Below are positions 45,941 to 58,970 of a stretch of DNA of 64,000 bases, piece after piece. A program made the translations under genes and the position numbers. How positions within the stretch are numbered: position 1 is the stretch's first letter; every line of letters begins with the position of its first letter. The notes beneath the pieces were generated by a model. It made no database searches. It was not told the origin of the DNA and worked only from the letters and a program-made list of their open reading frames with translations. The stretch comes from Cyanophora paradoxa CCMP329 (taxonomy: Eukaryota > Plantae > Glaucophyta), in contig QPMI01000514.1 of NCBI GenBank assembly GCA_004431415.1, positions 434,001-498,000 of the forward strand, read 5' to 3'.

Positions 45941-46305
45941 ATATAAGACGAAGCAACGTCGAATTCGAAGCTGTCGGAAGCAGCCGGGAAGCTCGCTCCA
46001 GGGGTACGTGGTTGGCCTGGGGCTTCATGTCTGGCCCTCTTTAGCTACCAAGGCGCAATCCGCAAAATGGAGGAGAGCGGCACGCCGCGGCTGCCGCCGC
46101 TGGCGACGCCGCGCTCAGCCGGGCTCTCCCCAGCCACCACGCCCCGCAAGCACACGGGTGCGGAGCAACAGGAAAGCGCGATCCTACGTAGAGCCGCATG
46201 CGCTGCCTCAGCGGATCGACTAATTGCCCACCGCCGGCCGAGCCCGCAACTCTAAGCGGCCCCGCTTAGCTGGAGCCTTCTGGGGCATCTCTGCCTGCCT
46301 TAGCT

Positions 46306-49300
46306 ATGAGCAGGACTTCGCCCGCCACCTTGCAACCACCGCGCCGACATATCTTACGCAGGCACCACGCCCCCGCCCAATCTACTCCTCACGTCGACGG
46401 AATGGGGCAAAGCGGTCCGCCGCCCCCTGCTTCTTGCGCTGCCAGCCGCCCGACGCCACCCGACGACGGCGCCAGACGGACCCGCGGACGACGCACGAGC
46501 TGGCGATGCGGCTGCGGCAGTCGGAGGCGGCGCTCCTGCAGGCCAAGGCCGCGAAGACGCAGGTCGTGAACAAGATGGCGGTGCTCATGGAAATGCTCGC
46601 TTCCGCGAACGCCGACCGCGGCGCCCTGCTGCACCGCGTCGAGGAGCTCGAGGCCGGGGTTCGCTGAACGGTTCGCGCGCGCCGCCGCCGCCGCGCCGTG
46701 CTGAGGCGCCCGCCGCTCGCAGCGGTCGGACGCGGCGCATGTCGACGAGGAGACGCTGCGGCGGGTCGTGGTAGAGCGGGACCGCCTGCAGGCGCGCCCG
46801 CGCCGCCGCCCCCGCGGATTCGAGCCGAGGCGCCCCCTCTGACGTGACGAGGCGCGCGCAGGCCACCGTGGCTCTCATGGAGGGAGAGCTTAAGGCGGCG
46901 CGGCAGGCCCTGCACGACGCGCTCGGAGGTGCGCGGGGCCGGCCGGCCGCGCCGGCCGCGCCGGCCGCCCCGAACGAGCGGGCCGGGGGCTGGCGCAGGC
47001 GGGCCGGACCCGGCGGCGCTGAACGGGGAGCTGGCGGCGATGCGGGGGCGGGTGCGGGAGGCGGAGGAGCGGGCGCTGGAGGCGCAGCACCGGGCCGGCG
47101 GGGCGGAGGAGGCGCGGCGGCGCGCGGCGCTCGCCGACGCGCGCCTCGCCGAGGCCCGCGCCGAGAGCAAGGCGCCCGCCTCCCTTCCGGCCCCCTCGTG
47201 TTCCCGCGCCGAGGCTCCGCAGGCGCTGGCGGAGCGGGTCGCGGCGCTGGAGCGGCTCAACGACGCGGCGGCGCGGGCGGCGGCGGGGACGGCCTCCGGC
47301 TCGGGCCCCGGGGCCGCCCCCGCCGTGGTGGGCGAGGCGGACCAGGCGCGCCCCACGCTGCCCCCCCGCCCCGGGCCTCTCCCGAGGGCGCTCGCCTGAG
47401 GGGGTGCGGGCAGGCGCTGGCGGCGGAGCTCCTGGCGCGCTACCGGAGCATCCGCGCCTGCGCGGCGGTGCGCGCCCCCCGCCGCCCCCGCCCCTTTCTA
47501 TTTCGCCTCGCTAGCTAGCTCTCTCTCTCTTTCTCTTTAAGCTGCGGCATTCTAACTCGGCTCTAAACTAACCTGCGCCCGTTCACAGGACTCGCCGGCG
47601 TTCCGGGAGGAGATGCGGGGGCGGACGCGGCGGCCCAGCGCCTCGACGCCGCCTCGGAGGCCGCCCGCCGCGCCGCCGCCGCCGCCGCCGCCGCCCTCCA
47701 GGCCAGCCCCCCGCCCCGCCGCGCCCCACCCCGCCCCGTCTCCCCCTTGCCTCACCTGAGCCAAGGGGTCGGGGCTGCAGGCGGCGCACGCGGAGGCGGC
47801 GGGGGCGGGGCGGGAGGTCGATGGCGCCCTCTCTGCCGCTGTGCGATCAAACCCCGTCCTTTCCGCCCGTCCCGCCCCCGCCCCGGCCCGACTCTCGTCC
47901 TCTTCGTCAGGTGCGGGAGGTGGCGGGGGCGGTGGATTCGGCCGACGGGGCCCGCGCCGCCCTCACAGCCGCCTTCCGGTGCCCGCCCTTGCCCCAGCCC
48001 CGCCCCTCCCTTGGCGCCACAGCGCTTGAGCCGGACGCCGTGAACCGGACGAGTCTCCGTGCCCAGGGCCTGACGCGCCGCCGCAGGGACGTGCGGATGG
48101 GGCTGGAGGTGCTGCTGCGGGAGCGGGACGAGGCGCGGGGGCAGACGGAGAGCACGCGCACCCTCCTCGCCCGCCAGGTCCGGACCTGCCGGCCGCTGCG
48201 CATCTGCCTCCGCGTCTCGCTGGGCGGAAGCGAGAGGGGCGGGGCACGCGCGGCACGGCTAGCTTGCGCCCCCGCCGCAGCTCCGGGGCGACGCGGGCCG
48301 GGGCGCAGGTGGTCGACCTCGAGATGGAGCTCGCCCGCGTGCGCGGGGGCGCCCCGCCCGCGGCCCCGCCCCCGTCGGCGGGGGAGGGGGCGGGGGCGGG
48401 GGGCGCGGGGGCGGGGGACTACGCGGCGCGCGTAGCGGAGGTCGAGGCGGACCGGGTGAGCGAGCGCGCCGGCGGCGGCGGCGCGCCGGTCGCGAGCCGG
48501 GCTGAACGACGGGCGCAGGACGCGTGGCGGGCCCGCTTCCAGGACCTCGCCCAGCGCCTCGAATCCGTGCGGGGCCCTTTTTCCTTTCTCCCCCCCCCTC
48601 CCCCCTCCCTCCCCCTGCCGAGGCGGGCGCCGCGAGCGGCGCAGATCGAGGCGGGGGGGTCGGAGCGGACGCGGGGCGAGATCGAGAAGGACCGCCTCAT
48701 CGGCATGCTCTCCACGGTGCGGAGGGGGCGCTCGGCTGAAGAGCTTGGCGGGGTGTGAGCGTACGGGCGGGCGGTGCAGGAGCTGCGGCGGCGGGAGGAG
48801 GCGGGGGCGGTGCCGCTGGAGGCCTTCCGGTCCCTCCAGATGGTCAAGCGCGGCCTCGAGGACCACATCCGCGTGCCCGCCACGCCTCCCCGCGCGAGCC
48901 GCCCCCCGCAGCGCCTCGCTCAGCGCCTCCGCCTCAGCTGCAGGAGGACCGCGTGGCGCGGCTCGAGGTGCAGTGCGGCCAGCAGCAGCGCCGCATCGAC
49001 GAGCTCGAGGTGCCCCGTACCCCCCTCTCTTTCCCCCCCCCCCCCCCCCCCCCCCCCCGCTTCTTCGGCTAACCCGCAGCCCCGCCAGGCGGGCGCGGGC
49101 CGGATGCGGAAGCTCGAGGAGGAGATCGCGGACAAGAACACGTGCGCCCGTACCCCTTTCGCGCCTTTCTCTCCGACGCCGTACCCTCCCAGCGCGATCA
49201 AATCGGTCGAGCGCGAGCTCTCGGACTTCAAGCGGCGGTACGGCGACGTCGTCCAGGTCCGACTCGTGCCCCCCACCCCGCCGCCTCTCGATTGCCGCAC

Positions 49301-50829
49301 CCCATCGACCCCCGGGCCTTCGCGGCAGGCGCGGCAGTCGTCCGCGCAGGCACTCTTCGAGGAGGCGGTCGCCCAGGTGCGGCGCCCCCCGCCCCCTCCC
49401 GCCCAAGTGCCCCCGACCCTCCTCCCAGCGCGCCGTCTTCACCCGCGACGGCCCCGAGTTCCAGGCCATCATCGATCACGCGAAGCGCGCCCCCGTACCC
49501 CCCTTCTTGCTTTCCCGTACCCCGGACTGATCCCAGCCCCTTCCAGGCACCTCGGGATCGACCCCGTGGAGGAGCCGCACCTGCTCTGGGTCGCCGAGGT
49601 TCGTGTACCCGTGCATTCAGGGGGGTACCTGTCCGAGTCTTTCGCCGCAGGAGTCGCTGGCGGCGCCTCTGCCCGACGGATGGGTAGAGCACTCGGCGGA
49701 AGGCGGCGATATATTCTTTGTCGACGGTGCGCGGGGGTGTACCCCCTACCGCCCGCGCGCCCCCGGAGACCGTGGTGCGCAGAGGTGACGGGTACCACGA
49801 CATGGACGCACCCCTTGGACGACTACTTCCGGTTCCTGTACGCTCAGGTGAGCAGGGATACCATGATTCGGGGGCGTCCGAGGAGGGTACGGAGCCGCGC
49901 CTTCTCCTCGCAGGTCCGGGAGCGCATGCGCGCGAAGGGGCCGGTCGTCCCGGGTACCGTCACGCAACGAGCCCTCCGCCTCGTCGACGTGCGCACCGCA
50001 CCTCTCTCCCGCCTTCGCTGCGCCGGGGGTACGTTGTTTCCGACTTGGCGCGCAGGAGGCGAGGGCGCGGTCGCAGGCGAGCAGTGCGGCGGGGTTCGCG
50101 GTGAGCGCGCCCCACGAGAGCGGCCCCGAGCGGCGCCGAACCCGGTGCAGGCCCAAGTGGGACGGCCTCTCAGCAACGCGGCGCCGGCCTCCGCCGGCCC
50201 GCCCCCGGGCAGCGGCGGCAGCGGCGCCCCGGCGCCGCCGCCCGCCGACGCCGCCACGTACAAGTGCGTACCCCTCGCCGCTCGCTCGTCTCCTCCGCCT
50301 CACTTGACATCTGGTCCAGGCGGCCGCGGTCGGCGACGGCGACCAAGATCGAGGGGCCGCCGGCCGGCTTCAGCGGCCCGCTCTTCGCCCCGCGGGCAGA
50401 CCTGCAGGAGTGGCCGGCTCAGGTGACTCCGGCGGCCTGTTCGGGGGGGGCGCGCAGCCAGCCCCCTCCTCACTCGTTCCTCCGCAGACTCCCAAGCCTC
50501 TCAAGCCTTCCGCGCAGTGGAGCAAGGGTTGGGCCCCCACTCCAGTCCTGCAGGCGCGCCCGTTGCCCTGCGATCCCCGTACCCCCCGCCGATGCAGTTT
50601 TCGGCGCAGCCGGTCCTGGAGCAACCGGCGAACTACAGCCTCCAGCAGCAGCAGGCGGGTACCCCCCGGGCCGCCGTTGCGCCGCCCACGCCCAAGCTGC
50701 ACGCGGTGAGCCGGCGGCTGCTCTGCGAAGTGCTCGTGCTAGTGCTCGATACTCCCGATCCACCCTCACAGCCGTGCAGGACGAAGAGGAAGCGAGGCTG
50801 TACCCCAACGTACTGCGGAGACTTCCTTA
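46306..50829 (+). CDS. Long coiled-coil protein with CEP164-like WW domain, multi-exon
   Basis: Heptad-rich exons, then IIDHAK.HLGIDPVEEPHLLWVAE.SLAAPLPDGWVEH..GDIFFVD..TGTTTWTHPLDDYFR (49460-49850). Ends approximate; could be two genes. Confidence 0.65.
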
Positions 50830-51614
50830 GCTTCATAGTCATTTCCTGAACCCGTGAGCATGCCTGGCTGTAGGCTGTAGCAGTAGGCCTCTAGCAGCGC
50901 CCTTCTTCTCGCTCCAGATCCGTCGATGTCGATATCGATGCATATGAAGTTTCGTTTTGCACACGTGCACTGCGCATGCGGCACGTGGGCGGCGGGTCAT
51001 CGGCGGCGCGTGCTGGGCATCAGAGGTTCGAATTAATATTAATATCCGATAGTACTTCCGATAAGCAAGGTTGCTACGATGCTACTAGAAGCGCTACTAC
51101 TAGTACTGCTGCGCTAGCAAGGTCTCGAATAAGGCCTACAGTAAGAAGGAAACGCGCTCACCGCGCAAAACTCCGTAAAATCAAAGAGCTAGCACATGTA
51201 CTCTAGATCTGCTGGTAGCCTATAGCTACACTTGCAAGGGGCAACGTCAACACTGATTTTCCTATGACTGTCTACACGTGCATTCTCACACAGACGCAAC
51301 TTAAGTTCGCGAATATTAATTCGGATGATCACGTATGTCATTCTTAAGAAAAGAACGATATCGACTTCTACAACAACGCTAAATTGAGGCAGCTGAGAAA
51401 TGAACGCTTCCAGAGTTAATTCGAGGTTTGGAAAGAGTGAATTTGCAAGTATCAAATGTCGACGCAGTCAAGTCCCGAAAGAAAATCTTTGAACAATCAA
51501 AAACTACTTCAAAGAAAGGACGGCAGGGAGGCCGGTCATCGGGTGGCGCTGAGCTTGATGTGATGACAGATATTGTAGAAAGTGGCAAGCCTGATCGAGA
51601 AACGACGCCGAAAG

Positions 51615-54600
51615 TCAGATGCGGGAATCGATCCACAGATTCGAAAAAAATCTCTCAGACCAGTTGTTCGAGGCCTTGTTGATGAGACTCTTGAAGAACT
51701 CGTCGACCTGGCGAACCCGAGTGAGTTAGGTCGAAGAGCGAGGGACTTGGGGCTCGCGGGGGAGGCAGATCGTGGGGCACCTCCTCGGGGGTCTTGAGGT
51801 CGAGGGCGAGGCGGGCCTTCGTGTTCGCCGTCGCTTCGGGCCCGTGCAGCTGCCCCGCCCGCCGCTCGCCCCCGCGAGGCCGGAGGGGGCGGGGGGTGGC
51901 GTGGGTGGGGTGCGCACGAGCATGCAGAGGTGGAGGAGGAGGTTGGCGTTCCTGCGGAGGATGGCGAACGCCTTGCAGCAGAGCGTCACGAACCTGCGCG
52001 GCGGTGGGAGCCGTCGTGAGGCGCCCGCCGGGGACCTCGGAGGGAAGGGGGGAAGGGGGAAGGGGGGGGGGAAGGGGCGGGGGGGGGAAGGGGGCGGGGG
52101 GGGGGGGGGGGGGGGGGCGGGGCGCACAGCTCGATGAGGGGCTCCCCTCGCTCTCCTCGAGGACGTGCCTGCGGCGGGGGCGGGCGGGGCGGCCGCCTCG
52201 GCCTCGGCGCGGGGCGCGGGGGCGGGGCGGGGGCGGGGCGGACTTGTACTCGGCGGTGAAGAGGAAGGGGGCGGTCTCCTTGGGGATGAAGCCCAGGATC
52301 TTCGTCACGTGCCTGCCCCGCCCCCCGCCCCCCTCAGCCCTCCCCCGAGACCCCGAGCCGCCCCCCCTCGCCGCCACGCACCCCAGGTACCGCCCGAAGT
52401 CGATGTCTGCCGCCGCCCCCGCGGTCCCGGCCCCGTCAGGCGCACGGCCGAGCGGGCGGGCGGGTGGCGGGGAAGCGGGCGCACGGAACATGCGGCCGTC
52501 ATCGAAGAGCATGACGTTGTCGCTGTGGCGGTCGCAGAGGCCCATCACGTACGTCCTGCCCCGCCCCGCCGCCTCAGAGGAGGAGGAGGAGGGTGCGGGC
52601 GGGGCGGGGAGGCGGCGCACGCGACGCAGTAGCCGGCGCATGACGTGGCGAACTTCTTGCGCGCCTTCTGGTAGTCCTCCTCTGCGCGCCCCGCTCCGCC
52701 TCAGCCTCGTCGTCGTCCGCTCGATTCGGCGAGCGAGCGACGGGGCACGCAGCCCAGCGCGCGCGCACGCACCTGTCGCGCTCCTCTTGCGCAGCCAGTT
52801 GGCGATGTTCTGTTCCCAGCGTGCGCGGCGCGCGTCAGCTGGAGGCCACGGCTAACGGGCGGAGCGCGCGAACTAAATTGGAGCAAAGCGGCCGTGGGCA
52901 CCTTCTCGCCGACCGCGGCCGCTATGACCGAGCCGTCGCTTGCCGCCGCTTGGATATCGCCCTGCGCGATTCGGAGAATCGAATCACACGGGAGGACGAA
53001 AAACGCGCGAACTGCATTTCTGGGCGCTGCAGCTGCTCTCGTGCCCTTCTCTTCTTTGGGGCGCGGGCGTCGGGGGCGCGCACGATGGTGGTGGCCCCCT
53101 TGACGACCTCGATGACGCCGGCGCCGCGGCCCGTCGAGATGCACTGCAGCTCCGAGCTCAGCGGTCCCGCCGACATCCGCGGAGGGGGGTTCGGACGGGG
53201 AGCACCTTGTAGGGGGTCAGCATGAGGTTCAGATCCTCTGCCTTCCACAGCTGTTCGGCGGCGCGTCGGCGTCAGGCGAGAAGGGGCGGGAGGGTGCCAC
53301 TCGCATCCCCCCGGGGCGGGGCGGGGCGGGGCGGGGCGGGGGCGGACCCTGTCCATGACGCAGAGCATCTTGAGGAAGAGCTCGTCGGCCCGCAGGTCCT
53401 ACCCGAGGGTTTCAGCACCAGGCGAGGGCGTCCAGTTGACGTTCACGTCTTTGGTGTTTGGGAAAGCGGACCTGGCCGGCCTTGAAGATGGCGCGGATGT
53501 TCGCCTCGCCCTTGGTCTCGTCGCGGAACGTCTTCTGGTTCTTGAGCTGCAGCGCGGGCCGGCGTCACTCGGAGCGGCGCGCCGCGAACTCGCGCGGCGC
53601 GTGCGCGCGTGCCTTGGCGAGCCACCGCGACACGGTCGAGAGGGTCTCGAAGCCCATCTGCGGGGCCCCCTCCGCCCCGGGCCCCGCCTCAGCCCCCGCC
53701 CCCGCCGCCTCGCCGCCGGCAGCCGGCGAGATCGTCGGCGCCGCGTGCGCGCCCGCCTTGGCCTCCGCGACGCGCTTCCCCGAGAACGTGAGCTCGTACG
53801 GGTGCTGCGCCCCCGCGTCGACGCCGCGCCGCCGCCCGCGCGAGCTCGCAGCAGAGCAGACCTTGCCCGAGCTGTACACCTTGAAGGTCTTCCCGGGCTG
53901 CGAGAGGTCAATGCCGCTGATCTGGCGGCGCGAGAAGCTCTCAGAGGGCGCCGAGCGCGGCGCCGCGCACAACAAAGCCCAGCGGTCTTGGGCGCCCGGC
54001 CACGCACCTCGAAGTGCGGATCGACGGGGACGGTGAACGCGGGCGGGACGCGGCCGCGCGCGATCGCCTCCTCGAGCAGCGCCTTCAGCTTCTGCGAGTA
54101 GAGATCCGAGTTCTTGTCCTTCGGCTTCAAGACTATGATCCTGCATCCCGACGTTGAGCGGAGAATCGAGAACGAAGCGTAAGGTTCAAGGTATTAGGAG
54201 GAGGCTCTGGCCTGAGCCAAAGCGTAAGAAAACGCAGGAGGCGACGCACTTCTTCGCGACGTCGGCGGCCAGCTCCACGAACGCGACCTGCGCACAAATT
54301 TCAACGCGCGTTTCTACGTTGCGCGATGAGCCAACACGTCTCGCTGAAATCAAACCCCATTTCTTTCTAAGCCATTTCTTCCTTCGATGCCGGGGAGCGC
54401 TCGCGCCCGGGGCAGCACCCCAGGCGGACCTGGTCGTCGAGGAACGAGTGCCCGGCTGACCGGCAGCACGCCTGGAACTGCTCCAGCAACACCTGTGCAC
54501 GCGCCGGCGAGCGCGCGAGATCGTTCGGGCTCGTCTCGAGCTCTGGCTCGCCGGGGGCGGGGGCGGGGCGGGGGTGCCCCGGCAGGCGGGCGGACCTTGC

Positions 54601-57600
54601 AGCGGTGGCCCCAGCTCGTCTCCTCGCCCTCGGCCCACTGCCGCGCGCGCTCCGCGTCGGTGTGGCTCGGAGGGGCAGCGCGCGGGGGGCGGGCGGGGCG
54701 GGCGGGGGCACCTTGAGGGCCCAGAAGACGGAGATGCCGACGAGGCGCGGGTTGCGGAGGCCGCGCCAGAAGAGGAGCCGCGCCAGGGGCCCGTCCAGGT
54801 ACGCCGTGTGCCGCATCCCCTGCGCCGGCCCCCGCCCCAGACTCAGACGGCCGCGAAGAACTCGCGAAGTCGCGCTTATGACGGCGACTTCTCGGTGCTC
54901 GGCGCATGCCCGAGGCTTGGGGAAGGCGCGCCTGGACGAGCTGGAGCATGTACTCGGCGAGCTCCTCGTCCGGCAGGTCGGCGATCCGCTCCGCCGCGTA
55001 CCTGCCCCCGCCTCAGGTTCCTCTGTGAAGAGGGAGGCCTGCTCGGCGGGGGCGCACCGGCGGACGCGGAGGTCGGGGTACTTGTTGTCCAGGAGCTGCA
55101 GGGCGTCCCGGGGGTTGAGGGGCGACCAGTGCTGGATCGCCCTGCGAGAGGCCGCCTCGCGATCGGGGGCGCCGGCGCGGGCGGCGGGGAGGGGGGCGGG
55201 GCGGGGCGCACTTGTCGAGGAAGACGCAGTCCTCGGTGCGGCAGTAGTCTGCGGCGTGCGCCCCGCGCGGTCAGCGGGGGACAGAAGAACGAAGGAAAGA
55301 AAGAAAGAACGACTGCGCTGCATCGGACAGAGCGCACCCAGGCACTCGACCATCTTGCCGAAGGCGATCCTGCGGCGGAGGCAGATGAGGGCGGCTGGCA
55401 GGCAGGAGGCGGGTCGGGGGAAGCTTTGAGGGGGCGCACGGGACGTCGACGAAGAGGTTGGCGTAGCTGCGCATGAGGGCCTTGTCCTTCTCGTCGGGCG
55501 TCCAGTACGGGTCGTTCCCCTTGGCGATGAAGTCGTGCACTGCGGGGGCCGCGCGTGGGGGGAGGGAGACGGCGCCGAGGCACGGGGCGCGGGCGCGCGC
55601 ACGCTTCTGGGCGTCCGTCTTCGGAGGGGGCGGGCCCTTCCGCGAGCCGTGCCGGAGCCTGCGCGAGGCGGGCGGGCGCGCGGCGGGCGGGGGCTCGGGC
55701 CAGCGGGGCGGGCGACGAGGGGCGGGGCGGGGCAGGCGCACAGGGTGGAGAAGCCGGACATGACGCCCATGAAGGCCTTGCTGGTCTTGCGCCCCAGGCC
55801 CCGATGCCCGCCCGACCCCCGCGATCGCCGTCCCCAGCGCCTCGATCGCCGTCTCCCCCTCGTCGACCGGGGGCGCCCGCCTTGGCTGCGCGCGCGGGCC
55901 GCGGGTGAGCCCTGGCTGCGCGCGCCCGCGGGGCGGGCGGCGCCGTCCCGGCGACCCCGCCCACCTCTCAGACCAGGAGGAGGCGGTCCCGTTCGAGGCG
56001 GCGTGGCCGAGGGAGTGGCCGGAGTGCGTGCGCGCCTCGGAGGCGAGCGGCATGACGTGCTCGTCCTCCTCCAGCACCGAGTGCTCCGAGTCGCTGTCGG
56101 CGTCCGTCCCCGTCCCCGCCGAGAGGCTCGAGGGCGAGGGCGCGCAGGGCGGCCGCAGCAGGTTGCTCCGGGAGAGGTTGTGCGGCGACAGGCGGCTCGG
56201 CGCCTCGAACTTGGCCGAGCTGTGCCGCCTCAGCGCCTCCGCGAAGGGCCGCATCTCCTTGCTCTGCGCGTCGCGTCAGCGCCGGCGCGCGACGCGGGGC
56301 GAGGCGGGCGGCGGCGGCGGGCGCTGCTACCTCGAGGTCTAGGCCGGGCGACGACGCCTCGGACGCCTGCGCTGCGGGGTCAGCACAAAGCCCGTCACGC
56401 CGCCCCCCGGCCGCGGCGCGGGGCGCGCGCGCACCCCGTCGGTCTCGGCAAGGCCGTTGAACGAGCCGGCGGTCTCGAACGCGGCCAGGACCTGGGGCGG
56501 GGTACGCGGTCAGGGGGGCGGCGGGGGGGAAGCGCCGGCGGGAAGCGGGCCTTCGGGTTGTAGGCGAAGAAGACCGGGGGGCGCGGGGCGGCGTGGGGCG
56601 GGTCCACGCGGAGCAGGATGGAGCCCCAGTGCCGCACCGCCTCCGCCGCCGCCGCGTCGCCGTTGCCGTACCCGTCCACGAGCGGCCCGGGGCCCTTCGC
56701 GCCGGGGCGCGGCTTCGTTCGCATGCGCGCTGCAGGCGGGCTCAGCCGAGCCGGAGAGGAGGAAGGGGGGGGGGGGGGGGGGGAAGGGGGAAGGGGGTAG
56801 GGGGAAGGGGGGAGGGGTAAACGGCGGGTGCGCACCCGTGGGCAGGCGCGTCGCGCTGTGGCCCTTCATGCCCGGCTGCTCGTGGATCTCCTGTACCCGG
56901 GGCGTCAGCCGTCCGTCTTCGAAGAGGCGCAAAAGAAAGAAGCGTGCACACGTCGTCGCAGTCGTCGCAGAGCTTCCGATGCTGCGGGGGGCGTCCGCTC
57001 AGCGGAGACGGGACGCGGAGAGATAGGTTGGTGGGCGGATCCGAGCGCACCTCCTTCACGCAGTCGTCGCACTGGACAGTCTGTTCCTGCTCCTTGCATT
57101 TCTCGCAGTTGTCTGCGCCCGTCTCAGATTGGTCCCGAGGAAAGGAACCGGGGGAGGGAACCCTGGTACTTGTAGTCCACGGTGGGGCGCTGGCGCCTGC
57201 GGGTGCGGGGGTGAGGAAGGGCGGGGCGCCTGCGGGGGCGGGGGCGGGGGCGGGGGACGGAAGGGGCGGCAGCCGCCGGGCGACAGGGTCGCACCAGAGG
57301 TCCAGCTTGAAGAAGCCGTCCCTGAGCACGCCGTCCGCGTCGAAGACCTGCCCGGGGCGGGGCGCCTCAGAGCCCAAAGCGGGCCTGCGGAGGGCCGACC
57401 CCGGACCTGCAGGGAGGCCCAGGCGACCAGGACGGCCGGCCCGCCCTCCGGGCTCTTGCCGACCACGGGGGCCTGCTCCTCGTCCAGGCCGCGCCCGTCG
57501 CAGGCCTTGCCCTTCGTGTCCCCGTCCGCCTTCTTGTCCGGCGCCCGCCTGCAGTACACGCACACCACGATCTCCGCCTCCTGCGCGGGGGGTTACCGCC

Positions 57601-58970
57601 CTCAGCGACGGGGTGCGGGATGGAAGGCGGGGCGGGGGGGCGGGCCTTGGGGATGCGGCTGCACTCGATGGGCTCGGACTTGGTGCCCTGCATGAACTCG
57701 GAGCGCTCCGCGAAGGCCCCCTCGATGTCCGGCGTCTCCGCGTTCGCCTCCATCGGCTCGTGCAGCCCGAGCGCCGCCGGCCCGCCTCCCAGCGCCTCCT
57801 CCGCCCGCGCCAGCTCGTGCCGCCCGTGCATCCTGCGCGGCGCGGCGGCGTGAGGCCGCGCGGCTGCGGCTGGGCGGGGCGCGCACAGGAAGACCCGCGC
57901 GAAGTGCCCGCTGCAGATCTGAAGGTGCGCGCCCTGCGCTCCCGGGGCGAGATCACGCAAGCAGCGGGGAAGGGCTGGCGATGGGGTACAAACCTCCTCG
58001 AACTCCGCGGGGCGCACGTCGACGATGGCGACCTGGGAGAGCGAGCGTTCGTCCGCTGAGCTGGACACGCGGGCGCGGGGGAGGGGGCCGACCTGCAGGG
58101 GACCCGTGACCTCGTACAGGGGTACGCCGTCCGCGGGCTGGTGCGCGGGGCGGGCAAGCAGATCGCTCGGGACTCGGGGGGGATGCGGGCCGGCCGCCTT
58201 CAGCGCATCGACGAGGGAGGCTGCCGGAGGCTTGAGGCTTGAGGGGGGTACGCGGTTTCACGGACGCGGAGGTACGCGCACCGGCCTGGCGCGTGAAGTC
58301 CTTCTCCTCCTCCCCGGCGGGGTCCCGCACCGCCGACGGCTCCGGCGTCCAGTCGGGGTCGGGCTCGAAGGACAGCTGCATCCCCCGGGTCGGCCGGATG
58401 CGGTACCCCGGGGCGGGGAGTACGCCCACCTCGACGTCGACGAAGCCGGCGGCGTTCCCCTGGTCGTCGCGCAGCTTCAGCTGCTTCGACCTGGGGGCCG
58501 CCTGGAGGGGGGGTACGCCGCCGGTCTCGGGCGGCCAGAGCAGGCCGTCGAGCTGCAGGGCGCAGCGGCCGATGAAGTCGTGCTGCTTGATCGTCTCCTC
58601 ATCGTACAGCTCCAGGGTCAGCTCCGCTAGCTTCCCGTTCGTTACGCGTCTGAGCGCGCGCGCCGACGCCGTCAGCTTAGCGAGGGCGCGCACAGTACTA
58701 GTGAGGGTTTGCCGCACAGCCGAGCGAGGCTGGTTCCTTCTGATTTCGAGAAATCGGGCTCCGTGCCTCCCCCGTGCACCGTGCCGAGCTTCGTCGGAGC
58801 CTCGCCCTTCAACGCCAAGGTCGCGAACACCTGCTCGCGCAGTGAGCGGGTGACGCGGCGCTCGCGACCTCCATCTAGCGGCGTCTAGCCTCTCAGATAC
58901 GCCACAGAGATGCTTCTGAAAGAGCGCGAGCGCTCGTCTTCGACGCGGTCGCTCGGACGCGCACCTTCAT
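51615..58970 (-). CDS. Phosphatidylinositol 3-kinase (C2 domain, B-box-like zinc finger, PIK helical and kinase domains), many exons
   Basis: C2 LELYDEETIKQHDFIGR; helical ALQLLDNKYPD.RVR..YMLQLVQ..LARLL..GISVFWALK; kinase DLRADE, SCAGYCVA.YVMGLCDRHSDNVM, IDFGRYLG, ETAPF. Both ends approximate. Confidence 0.88.
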
